Shown piece by piece: positions 7,767 to 17,953 of a DNA stretch of 17,953 bases (within the stretch, counting starts at the first letter, position 1; every line of letters begins with the position of its first letter). A program made the position numbers and the translations under genes. The notes beneath the pieces are model-generated. The model saw only the letters and a program-made list of their open reading frames with translations. It did not search any database and had not been told where the DNA came from. Source of the stretch: Azolla caroliniana (taxonomy: Eukaryota; Plantae; Polypodiophyta); the NCBI GenBank assembly GCA_043228905.1, contig JBHGNT010000675.1, positions 1 to 17,953 on the forward strand. The letters run 5' to 3'.

Positions 7767-8804
7767 ATGGCGAAGCTCACTATCATATTCCTCATGGCGG
7801 TTATCATGCTAGCCGCCTGCGGCGCGGCCAATGCTAGATCTGTAGGACGGGATCGCGAAGAGGAGAGGCGCGATCGACGTAGGGAGGAGGATGTCGACGA
7901 GGAGAGGCGCAGCGGACGTCGTGAGGGATCCATCGATGAGGGGCGCTACAGAGACAACAAGAGAGAGTCGGATGAGGACCGGGATCGTCGCAGTCACGAT
8001 CGCGATGAGCCACGTGAGGAGAGGCGCGATCGACGCAGGGAGGAGGATTTCGATGAGGAGAGGCGCGGGGGACGTCGCGAGGGGTCCATCGAGGAGGGGC
8101 GCTACGGAGACAACAAGAGAGAGTCCGAAGAGGAACGGGATCGTCGCGGTCGCGATCGTGATGAGTCACGTGACGAGAGGCGCGATCGACGCAGGGAGGA
8201 GGATGTCGAGCAGGAGAGGCGCGACCGACGTCGTGAAGGATCCCTCGATGAAGGACGTCGCAGAGACAACAAGAGAGAGTCCGAAGAGGAACGGGATCGT
8301 CGCGGCCGCGATCGCGATGAGCCACGAGACCGAGAGTTGAGGCAAGAGTGCCAAAACTTCGTCGATAGGCAGGTCCGCCACCTACAAGAACGTAATGAGA
8401 AGGAAGAACGTGGACGAAGCCGTCGCACCTCTTGGGATGAAATCAGCCGATATGCAAGGCCCTCCGAAAGATGCTGCAGGAACGTGGAACAAATCCCCGT
8501 AGAAGAGCGTTGCAACCGCCTCCGCGAGGCCTTATACATTAGCGGAGAAGAGGCACGCAATGATGGTCACCGCCATAACCAAGTGTCAAGGGAACGTCGT
8601 CAATGGGAAGAGGATGCCGAGCGAGAGAGAGACAGTAGCGAGCGCGAGGAGGACGAGCGCCGTTATCGCATGACCGGACGACAAGATGAGGAACAACGTC
8701 GTCGTTTCAAGGCCGGTGAGGAGGAACAACTTCTAAGCGTGGCAACCTCTCGCCTTCTCCAACAATGTGATCTTCGCCCACGCGCTTGTATTCGCCACTT
8801 TTAA
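7767..8804 (+). CDS. Arg/Glu/Asp-rich 2S albumin/prolamin-like storage protein precursor, copy 4
   Basis: Translation identical to copy 1. Confidence 0.85.
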   Translation: MAKLTIIFLMAVIMLAACGAANARSVGRDREEERRDRRREEDVDEERRSGRREGSIDEGRYRDNKRESDEDRDRRSHDRDEPREERRDRRREEDFDEERRGGRREGSIEEGRYGDNKRESEEERDRRGRDRDESRDERRDRRREEDVEQERRDRRREGSLDEGRRRDNKRESEEERDRRGRDRDEPRDRELRQECQNFVDRQVRHLQERNEKEERGRSRRTSWDEISRYARPSERCCRNVEQIPVEERCNRLREALYISGEEARNDGHRHNQVSRERRQWEEDAERERDSSEREEDERRYRMTGRQDEEQRRRFKAGEEEQLLSVATSRLLQQCDLRPRACIRHF

Positions 8805-9705
8805 AGAACGTACATAACTTTTTCAACTATACACTTTCTGAACATCGTAAATGTAAATGGTGTGCTCTGTGTGGTGTCTTGACGTTCTCATAACCCTCTC
8901 AATCATATTTCTCCCACGCTCGCGCACAACATGCACGCACGCACGCACGATCAGGTCGCGTGCCCTCGCTCGCTCATTGCACAAGCAAAATGAAACTCCA
9001 CGCACACATGATTAGGTAACGTGCCCACACGCACACTACCCACTCCCACCCTACCTATATCTATCTCTATCCATCTATCGCTATCTCTCTCACGAGCAAC
9101 GCGAAACTCGTCAAACGTCGATGCCATCACAATGTTGTATTGAAGCCACCCTCATACAATGCCGTGTCTCGCCGTACCATGATGTGCGCAATAGTAGTGG
9201 CTGATCGTAACTCCTACTACAAACATGATTCCACATGAAATTCCCATGTCTATCTACCATTTTCATCATCGTGTGAACCAACCAACCCACGCATGTTTCC
9301 ACCTAGAAATGTTGTCCTTGAATGGTGCCACCTTCATATTCCTCCGGTGGTTGCAGCGTCCCACAACGACGACGGATCTTGTAATCACAATGAAAACGCG
9401 TGTCGTCGTCCGTATGTTGGTCGCAATGGATTCTAAACCCCCTCGTGGCCACAACCACCGATAACGTTTTCGTGGAGAGAACCAACACCCTAAAAACCTT
9501 TTCTCACCACCTTATCCTCGTTTTACGAGGCCCATACGCACTATGTAGGTGGCTATCATGAGGTTACATACTGTCTACGTTGCAATATGGACGAAGCGTC
9601 CATAGGTTAGTAGATTTGAAATGCCCAAGTGCATAATCCCACTCCTGGTGTGATGGAGGTGAGTATAGGGCTAGTGATATGGTAGGTCGAAGCAGGAGGA
9701 TCCTG

Positions 9706-9840
9706 GACACGTAAAGGGGGGTGGATAAAAGTGAATGGTCTCTTCCGTGGCCCAAGTATGGATCATGCCATTAACGTCTATAGGAATGGACGTGGGAAGG
9801 GACATGCATGTACTAGACATGCATGGCCTTGTGTATATAA
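9706..9840 (+). promoter_or_regulatory. ABRE/RY/RY/TATA promoter, copy 5
   Basis: Motifs intact although the downstream CDS is frameshifted. Confidence 0.7.
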
Positions 9841-9907
9841 GGGTGGATCAACCCATGACACACTCAAATAGGCGGAGAGAGAACCGGGGTAGTTCCGAAC
9901 ACAAGCA

Positions 9908-10943
9908 ATGGCGAAGCTCACTATCATATTCCTCATGGCGGTTATCATGCTAGCCGCCTGCGGCGCGGCCAATGCTAGATCTGTAGACGGGATCGCGAAG
10001 AGGAGAGGCGCGATCGACGTAGGGAGGAGGATGTCGACGAGGAGAGGCGCAGCGGACGTCGTGAGGGATCCATCGATGAGGGGCGCTACAGAGACAACAA
10101 GAGAGAGTCGGATGAGGACCGGGATCGTCGCAGTCACGATCGCGATGAGCCACGTGAGGAGAGGCGCGATCGACGCAGGGAGGAGGATTTCGATGAGGAG
10201 AGGCGCGGGGGACGTCGCGAGGGGTCCATCGAGGAGGGGCGCTACGGAGACAACAAGAGAGAGTCCGAAAGAGGACGGGATCGTCGCGGTCGCGATCGTG
10301 ATGAGTCACGTGACGAGAGGCGCGATCGACGCAGGGAGGAGGATGTCGAGCAGGAGAGGCGCGACCGACGTCGTGAAGGATCCCTCGATGAAGGACGTCG
10401 CAGAGACAACAAGAGAGAGTCCGAAGAGGAACGGATCGTCGCGGCCGCGATCGCGATGAGCCACGAGACCGAGAGTTGAGGCAAGAGTGCCAAAACTTCG
10501 TCGATAGGCAGGTCCGCCACCTACAAGAACGTAATGAGAAGGAAGACGTGGACGAAGCCGTCGCACCTCTTGGGATGAAATCAGCCGATATGCAAGGCCC
10601 TCCGAAAGATGCTGCAGGAACGTGGAACAAATCCCCGTAGAAGAGCGTTGCAACCGCCTCCGCGAGGCCTTATACATTAGCGGAGAAGAGGCACGCAATG
10701 ATGGTCACCGCCATAAACCAAGTGTCAAGGAACGTCGTCAATGGGAAGAGGATGCCGAGCGAGAGAGAGACAGTAGCGAGCGCGAGGAGGACGAGCGCCG
10801 TTATCGCATGACCGGACGACAAGATGAGGAACAACGTCGTCGTTTCAAGGGCCGGTGAGGAGGAACAACTTCTAAGCGTGGCAACCTCTCGCCTTCTCCA
10901 ACAATGTGATCTTCGCCCACGCGCTTGTATTCGCCACTTTTAA
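9908..10943 (+). pseudogene. Frameshifted copy 5 (true pseudogene or, more likely, poorly polished sequence)
   Basis: Eight 1-bp indels, net -2, all in short homopolymer runs (~9986 -G, ~10269 +A, ~10275 -A, ~10433 -G, ~10546 -A, ~10716 +A, ~10729 -G, ~10850 +G). I noticed no substitutions in the CDS. Confidence 0.6.
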
Positions 10944-11860
10944 AGACGTACATAACTTTTTCAACTATACACTTTCTGAACATCGTAAATGTAAATGGTG
11001 TGCTCTGTGTGGTGTCTTGACGTTCTCATAACCCTCTCAATCATATTTCTCGCTCGCGCACAACACGCACGCACGCACGCACGATCAGGTCGCGTGCCCT
11101 CGCTCGCTCATTGCACAAGCAAAATGAAACTCCACGCACACATGATTAGGTAACGTGCCCACACGCACACTACCCACTCCCACCCTACCTATATCTATCT
11201 CTATCCATCTATCGCTATCTCTCTCACGAGCAACGCGAAACTCGTCAAACGTCGATGCCATCACAATGTTGTATTGAAGCCACCCTCATACAATGCCGTG
11301 TCTCGCCGTACCATGATGTGCGCAATAGTAGTGGCTGATCGTAACTCCTACTACAAACATGATTCCACATGAAATTCCCATGTCTATCTACCATTTTCAT
11401 CATCGTGTGAACCAACCAACCCACGCATGTTTCACCTAGAAATGTTGTCCTTGAATGGTGCCACCTTCATATTCCTCCGGTGGTTGCAGCGTCCACAACG
11501 ACGACGGATCTTGTAATCACAATGAAAACGCGTGTCGTCGTCCGTATGTTGGTCGCAATGGATTCTAAACCCCCTCGTGGCCACAACCACCGATAACGTT
11601 TTCGTGGAGAGAACCAACACCCTAAAAACCTTTTCTCACCACCTTATCCTCGTTTTACGAGGCCCATACGCACTCTACAACCTCAATGGCATCACATGTG
11701 TAGGTGGCTATCATGAGGTTACATACTGTCTACGTTGCAATATGGACGAAGCGTCCATAGGTTAGTAGATTTGAAATGCCCAAGTGCATAATCCCACTCC
11801 TGGTGTGATGGAGGTGAGTATAGGGCTAGTGATATGGTAGGTCGAAGCAGGAGGATCCTG

Positions 11861-11995
11861 GACACGTAAAGGGGGGTGGATAAAAGTGAATGGTCTCTTC
11901 CGTGGCCCAAGTATGGATCATGCCATTAACGTCTATAGGAATGGACGTGGGAAGGGACATGCATGTACTAGACATGCATGGCCTTGTGTATATAA
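11861..11995 (+). promoter_or_regulatory. ABRE/RY/RY/TATA promoter, copy 6
   Basis: Same motifs and spacing as 1082-1216. Confidence 0.75.
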
Positions 11996-12061
11996 GGGTG
12001 GATCAACCATGACACACTCAAATAGGCGGAGAGAGAACCGGGGTAGTTCCGAACACAAGCA

Positions 12062-13099
12062 ATGGCGAAGCTCACTATCATATTCCTCATGGCGGTTATC
12101 ATGCTAGCCGCCTGCGGCGCGGCCAATGCTAGATCTGTAGGACGGGATCGCGAAGAGGAGAGGCGCGATCGACGTAGGGAGGAGGATGTCGACGAGGAGA
12201 GGCGCAGCGGACGTCGTGAGGGATCCATCGATGAGGGGCGCTACAGAGACAACAAGAGAGAGTCGGATGAGGACCGGGATCGTCGCAGTCACGATCGCGA
12301 TGAGCCACGTGAGGAGAGGCGCGATCGACGCAGGGAGGAGGATTTCGATGAGGAGAGGCGCGGGGGACGTCGCGAGGGGTCCATCGAGGAGGGGCGCTAC
12401 GGAGACAACAAGAGAGAGTCCGAAGAGGAACGGGATCGTCGCGGTCGCGATCGTGATGAGTCACGTGACGAGAGGCGCGATCGACGCAGGGAGGAGGATG
12501 TCGAGCAGGAGAGGCGCGACCGACGTCGTGAAGGATCCCTCGATGAAGGACGTCGCAGAGACAACAAGAGAGAGTCCGAAGAGGAACGGGATCGTCGCGG
12601 CCGCGATCGCGATGAGCCACGAGACCGAGAGTTGAGGCAAGAGTGCCAAAACTTCGTCGATAGGCAGGTCCGCCACCTACAAGAACGTAATGAGAAGGAA
12701 GAACGTGGACGAAGCCGTCGCACCTCTTGGGATGAAATCAGCCGATATGCAAGGCCCTCCGAAAGATGCTGCAGGAACGTGGAACAAATCCCCGTAGAAG
12801 AGCGTTGCAACCGCCTCCGCGAGGCCTTATACATTAGCGGAGAAGAGGCACGCAATGATGGTCACCGCCATAACCAAGTGTCAAGGGAACGTCGTCAATG
12901 GGAAGAGGATGCCGAGCGAGAGAGAGACAGTAGCGAGCGCGAGGAGGACGAGCGCCGTTATCGCATGACCGGACGACAAGATGAGGAACAACGTCGTCGT
13001 TTCAAGGCCGGTGAGGAGGAACAACTTCTAAGCGTGGCAACCTCTCGCCTTCTCCAACAATGTGATCTTCGCCCACGCGCTTGTATTCGCCACTTTTAA
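12062..13099 (+). CDS. Arg/Glu/Asp-rich 2S albumin/prolamin-like storage protein precursor, copy 6
   Basis: Translation identical to copy 1. Confidence 0.85.
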   Translation: MAKLTIIFLMAVIMLAACGAANARSVGRDREEERRDRRREEDVDEERRSGRREGSIDEGRYRDNKRESDEDRDRRSHDRDEPREERRDRRREEDFDEERRGGRREGSIEEGRYGDNKRESEEERDRRGRDRDESRDERRDRRREEDVEQERRDRRREGSLDEGRRRDNKRESEEERDRRGRDRDEPRDRELRQECQNFVDRQVRHLQERNEKEERGRSRRTSWDEISRYARPSERCCRNVEQIPVEERCNRLREALYISGEEARNDGHRHNQVSRERRQWEEDAERERDSSEREEDERRYRMTGRQDEEQRRRFKAGEEEQLLSVATSRLLQQCDLRPRACIRHF

Positions 13100-14021
13100 A
13101 GAACGTACATAACTTTTTCAACTATACACTTTCTGAACATCGTAAATGTAAATGGTGTGCTCTGTGTGGTGTCTTGACGTTCTCATAACCCTCTCAATCA
13201 TATTTCTCCCACGCTCGCGCACAACACGCACGCACGCACGCACGATCAGGTCGCGTGCCCTCGCTCGCTCATTGCACAAGCAAAATGAAACTCCACGCAC
13301 ACATGATTAGGTAACGTGCCCACACGCACACTACCCACTCCCACCCTACCTATATCTATCTCTATCCATCTATCGCTATCTCTCTCACGAGCAACGCGAA
13401 ACTCGTCAAACGTCGATGCCATCACAATGTTGTATTGAAGCCACCCTCATACAATGCCGTGTCTCGCCGTACCATGATGTGCGCAATAGTAGTGGCTGAT
13501 CGTAACTCCTACTACAAACATGATTCCACATGAAATTCCCATGTCTATCTACCATTTTCATCATCGTGTGAACCAACCAACCCACGCATGTTTCACCTAG
13601 AAATGTTGTCCTTGAATGGTGCCACCTTCATATTCCTCCGGTGGTTGCAGCGTCCACAACGACGACGGATCTTGTAATCACAATGAAAACGCGTGTCGTC
13701 GTCCGTATGTTGGTCGCAATGGATTCTAAACCCCCTCGTGGCCACAACCACCGATAACGTTTTCGTGGAGAGAACCAACACCCTAAAAACCTTTTCTCAC
13801 CACCTTATCCTCGTTTTACGAGGCCCATACGCACTCTACAACCTCAATGGCATCACATGTGTAGGTGGCTATCATGAGGTTACATACTGTCTACGTTGCA
13901 ATATGGACGAAGCGTCCATAGGTTAGTAGATTTGAAATGCCCAAGTGCATAATCCCACTCCTGGTGTGATGGAGGTGAGTATAGGGCTAGTGATATGGTA
14001 GGTCGAAGCAGGAGGATCCTG

Positions 14022-14156
14022 GACACGTAAAGGGGGGTGGATAAAAGTGAATGGTCTCTTCCGTGGCCCAAGTATGGATCATGCCATTAACGTCTATAGG
14101 AATGGACGTGGGAAGGGACATGCATGTACTAGACATGCATGGCCTTGTGTATATAA
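14022..14156 (+). promoter_or_regulatory. ABRE/RY/RY/TATA promoter, copy 7
   Basis: Same motifs and spacing as 1082-1216. Confidence 0.75.
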
Positions 14157-14222
14157 GGGTGGATCAACCATGACACACTCAAATAGGCGGAGAGAGAACC
14201 GGGGTAGTTCCGAACACAAGCA

Positions 14223-15260
14223 ATGGCGAAGCTCACTATCATATTCCTCATGGCGGTTATCATGCTAGCCGCCTGCGGCGCGGCCAATGCTAGATCTGTA
14301 GGACGGGATCGCGAAGAGGAGAGGCGCGATCGACGTAGGGAGGAGGATGTCGACGAGGAGAGGCGCAGCGGACGTCGTGAGGGATCCATCGATGAGGGGC
14401 GCTACAGAGACAACAAGAGAGAGTCGGATGAGGACCGGGATCGTCGCAGTCACGATCGCGATGAGCCACGTGAGGAGAGGCGCGATCGACGCAGGGAGGA
14501 GGATTTCGATGAGGAGAGGCGCGGGGGACGTCGCGAGGGGTCCATCGAGGAGGGGCGCTACGGAGACAACAAGAGAGAGTCCGAAGAGGAACGGGATCGT
14601 CGCGGTCGCGATCGTGATGAGTCACGTGACGAGAGGCGCGATCGACGCAGGGAGGAGGATGTCGAGCAGGAGAGGCGCGACCGACGTCGTGAAGGATCCC
14701 TCGATGAAGGACGTCGCAGAGACAACAAGAGAGAGTCCGAAGAGGAACGGGATCGTCGCGGCCGCGATCGCGATGAGCCACGAGACCGAGAGTTGAGGCA
14801 AGAGTGCCAAAACTTCGTCGATAGGCAGGTCCGCCACCTACAAGAACGTAATGAGAAGGAAGAACGTGGACGAAGCCGTCGCACCTCTTGGGATGAAATC
14901 AGCCGATATGCAAGGCCCTCCGAAAGATGCTGCAGGAACGTGGAACAAATCCCCGTAGAAGAGCGTTGCAACCGCCTCCGCGAGGCCTTATACATTAGCG
15001 GAGAAGAGGCACGCAATGATGGTCACCGCCATAACCAAGTGTCAAGGGAACGTCGTCAATGGGAAGAGGATGCCGAGCGAGAGAGAGACAGTAGCGAGCG
15101 CGAGGAGGACGAGCGCCGTTATCGCATGACCGGACGACAAGATGAGGAACAACGTCGTCGTTTCAAGGCCGGTGAGGAGGAACAACTTCTAAGCGTGGCA
15201 ACCTCTCGCCTTCTCCAACAATGTGATCTTCGCCCACGCGCTTGTATTCGCCACTTTTAA
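14223..15260 (+). CDS. Arg/Glu/Asp-rich 2S albumin/prolamin-like storage protein precursor, copy 7
   Basis: Translation identical to copy 1. Confidence 0.85.
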   Translation: MAKLTIIFLMAVIMLAACGAANARSVGRDREEERRDRRREEDVDEERRSGRREGSIDEGRYRDNKRESDEDRDRRSHDRDEPREERRDRRREEDFDEERRGGRREGSIEEGRYGDNKRESEEERDRRGRDRDESRDERRDRRREEDVEQERRDRRREGSLDEGRRRDNKRESEEERDRRGRDRDEPRDRELRQECQNFVDRQVRHLQERNEKEERGRSRRTSWDEISRYARPSERCCRNVEQIPVEERCNRLREALYISGEEARNDGHRHNQVSRERRQWEEDAERERDSSEREEDERRYRMTGRQDEEQRRRFKAGEEEQLLSVATSRLLQQCDLRPRACIRHF

Positions 15261-16182
15261 AGAACGTACATAACTTTTTCAACTATACACTTTCTGAACA
15301 TCGTAAATGTAAATGGTGTGCTCTGTGTGGTGTCTTGACGTTCTCATAACCCTCTCAATCATATTTCTCCCACGCTCGCGCACAACACGCACGCACGCAC
15401 GCACGATCAGGTCGCGTGCCCTCGCTCGCTCATTGCACAAGCAAAATGAAACTCCACGCACACATGATTAGGTAACGTGCCCACACGCACACTACCCACT
15501 CCCACCCTACCTATATCTATCTCTATCCATCTATCGCTATCTCTCTCACGAGCAACGCGAAACTCGTCAAACGTCGATGCCATCACAATGTTGTATTGAA
15601 GCCACCCTCATACAATGCCGTGTCTCGCCGTACCATGATGTGCGCAATAGTAGTGGCTGATCGTAACTCCTACTACAAACATGATTCCACATGAAATTCC
15701 CATGTCTATCTACCATTTTCATCATCGTGTGAACCAACCAACCCACGCATGTTTCACCTAGAAATGTTGTCCTTGAATGGTGCCACCTTCATATTCCTCC
15801 GGTGGTTGCAGCGTCCACAACGACGACGGATCTTGTAATCACAATGAAAACGCGTGTCGTCGTCCGTATGTTGGTCGCAATGGATTCTAAACCCCCTCGT
15901 GGCCACAACCACCGATAACGTTTTCGTGGAGAGAACCAACACCCTAAAAACCTTTTCTCACCACCTTATCCTCGTTTTACGAGGCCCATACGCACTCTAC
16001 AACCTCAATGGCATCACATGTGTAGGTGGCTATCATGAGGTTACATACTGTCTACGTTGCAATATGGACGAAGCGTCCATAGGTTAGTAGATTTGAAATG
16101 CCCAAGTGCATAATCCCACTCCTGGTGTGATGGAGGTGAGTATAGGGCTAGTGATATGGTAGGTCGAAGCAGGAGGATCCTG

Positions 16183-16317
16183 GACACGTAAAGGGGGGTG
16201 GATAAAAGTGAATGGTCTCTTCCGTGGCCCAAGTATGGATCATGCCATTAACGTCTATAGGAATGGACGTGGGAAGGGACATGCATGTACTAGACATGCA
16301 TGGCCTTGTGTATATAA
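16183..16317 (+). promoter_or_regulatory. ABRE/RY/RY/TATA promoter, copy 8
   Basis: Same motifs and spacing as 1082-1216. Confidence 0.75.
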
Positions 16318-16383
16318 GGGTGGATCAACCATGACACACTCAAATAGGCGGAGAGAGAACCGGGGTAGTTCCGAACACAAGCA

Positions 16384-17421
16384 ATGGCGAAGCTCACTAT
16401 CATATTCCTCATGGCGGTTATCATGCTAGCCGCCTGCGGCGCGGCCAATGCTAGATCTGTAGGACGGGATCGCGAAGAGGAGAGGCGCGATCGACGTAGG
16501 GAGGAGGATGTCGACGAGGAGAGGCGCAGCGGACGTCGTGAGGGATCCATCGATGAGGGGCGCTACAGAGACAACAAGAGAGAGTCGGATGAGGACCGGG
16601 ATCGTCGCAGTCACGATCGCGATGAGCCACGTGAGGAGAGGCGCGATCGACGCAGGGAGGAGGATTTCGATGAGGAGAGGCGCGGGGGACGTCGCGAGGG
16701 GTCCATCGAGGAGGGGCGCTACGGAGACAACAAGAGAGAGTCCGAAGAGGAACGGGATCGTCGCGGTCGCGATCGTGATGAGTCACGTGACGAGAGGCGC
16801 GATCGACGCAGGGAGGAGGATGTCGAGCAGGAGAGGCGCGACCGACGTCGTGAAGGATCCCTCGATGAAGGACGTCGCAGAGACAACAAGAGAGAGTCCG
16901 AAGAGGAACGGGATCGTCGCGGCCGCGATCGCGATGAGCCACGAGACCGAGAGTTGAGGCAAGAGTGCCAAAACTTCGTCGATAGGCAGGTCCGCCACCT
17001 ACAAGAACGTAATGAGAAGGAAGAACGTGGACGAAGCCGTCGCACCTCTTGGGATGAAATCAGCCGATATGCAAGGCCCTCCGAAAGATGCTGCAGGAAC
17101 GTGGAACAAATCCCCGTAGAAGAGCGTTGCAACCGCCTCCGCGAGGCCTTATACATTAGCGGAGAAGAGGCACGCAATGATGGTCACCGCCATAACCAAG
17201 TGTCAAGGGAACGTCGTCAATGGGAAGAGGATGCCGAGCGAGAGAGAGACAGTAGCGAGCGCGAGGAGGACGAGCGCCGTTATCGCATGACCGGACGACA
17301 AGATGAGGAACAACGTCGTCGTTTCAAGGCCGGTGAGGAGGAACAACTTCTAAGCGTGGCAACCTCTCGCCTTCTCCAACAATGTGATCTTCGCCCACGC
17401 GCTTGTATTCGCCACTTTTAA
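16384..17421 (+). CDS. Arg/Glu/Asp-rich 2S albumin/prolamin-like storage protein precursor, copy 8
   Basis: Translation identical to copy 1. Confidence 0.85.
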   Translation: MAKLTIIFLMAVIMLAACGAANARSVGRDREEERRDRRREEDVDEERRSGRREGSIDEGRYRDNKRESDEDRDRRSHDRDEPREERRDRRREEDFDEERRGGRREGSIEEGRYGDNKRESEEERDRRGRDRDESRDERRDRRREEDVEQERRDRRREGSLDEGRRRDNKRESEEERDRRGRDRDEPRDRELRQECQNFVDRQVRHLQERNEKEERGRSRRTSWDEISRYARPSERCCRNVEQIPVEERCNRLREALYISGEEARNDGHRHNQVSRERRQWEEDAERERDSSEREEDERRYRMTGRQDEEQRRRFKAGEEEQLLSVATSRLLQQCDLRPRACIRHF

Positions 17422-17953
17422 AGAACGTACATAACTTTTTCAACTATACACTTTCTGAACATCGTAAATGTAAATGGTGTGCTCTGTGTGGTGTCTTGAC
17501 GTTCTCATAACCCTCTCAATCATATTTCTCCCACGCTCGCGCACAACACGCACGCACGCACGCACGATCAGGTCGCGTGCCCTCGCTCGCTCATTGCACA
17601 AGCAAAATGAAACTCCACGCACACATGATTAGGTAACGTGCCCACACGCACACTACCCACTCCCACCCTACCTATATCTATCTCTATCCATCTATCGCTA
17701 TCTCTCTCACGAGCAACGCGAAACTCGTCAAACGTCGATGCCATCACAATGTTGTATTGAAGCCACCCTCATACAATGCCGTGTCTCGCCGTACCATGAT
17801 GTGCGCAATAGTAGTGGCTGATCGTAACTCCTACTACAAACATGATTCCACATGAAATTCCCATGTCTATCTACCATTTTCATCATCGTGTGAACCAACC
17901 AACCCACGCATGTTTCACCTAGAAATGTTGTCCTTGAATGGTGCCACCTTCAT

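Larger units (their letters stand above)
1..17953 (+). repeat. Head-to-tail tandem gene array, ~2,161-bp unit, ~8.3 units in the window, running off both ends
   Basis: ATGs at 1283, 3444, 5605, 7767, 9908, 12062, 14223 and 16384 (spacings 2161, 2161, 2162, 2141, 2154, 2161, 2161). Units are almost identical in both CDS and spacer. Confidence 0.99.

Noticed and set aside
1-17953. Concatemer of a ~2.2-kb circular ssDNA virus, satellite or plasmid
   Set aside because: No Rep/HUH motifs, no TAATATTAC/TAGTATTAC-type loop in the hairpins and no vector sequence. The gene and promoter look plant-nuclear.
1-17953. CRISPR array, rRNA/5S or tRNA repeat
   Set aside because: There is no repeat-unique spacer structure and no recognisable structural RNA sequence in the unit.

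Overview
The whole window is a head-to-tail tandem array of a ~2,161-bp unit: 8 full-length gene positions, a 3' gene fragment at the left edge and a partial spacer at the right. Each unit has one intronless + strand gene and a ~1.12-kb spacer. Seven copies encode the identical 345-aa protein. One copy (9908-10943) carries 8 single-base indels. The protein has a signal peptide, three 52-aa Arg/Glu/Asp repeats (~77% charged) and a C-terminal cysteine skeleton C...CC...xRC...C...C of the plant prolamin superfamily (2S albumin / cereal alpha-globulin-like), apparently lacking the C1-C5 disulfide pair. Each promoter has a seed/spore-maturation-type module: an ABRE, an ACGT box, two CATGCATG RY repeats and a TATA box. 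Best reading: a recently amplified or homogenised land-plant storage-protein array encoding an unusual arginine-rich, polyampholyte, prolamin-like protein. Species and exact family cannot be fixed from sequence alone, and part of the copy variation may be assembly error.
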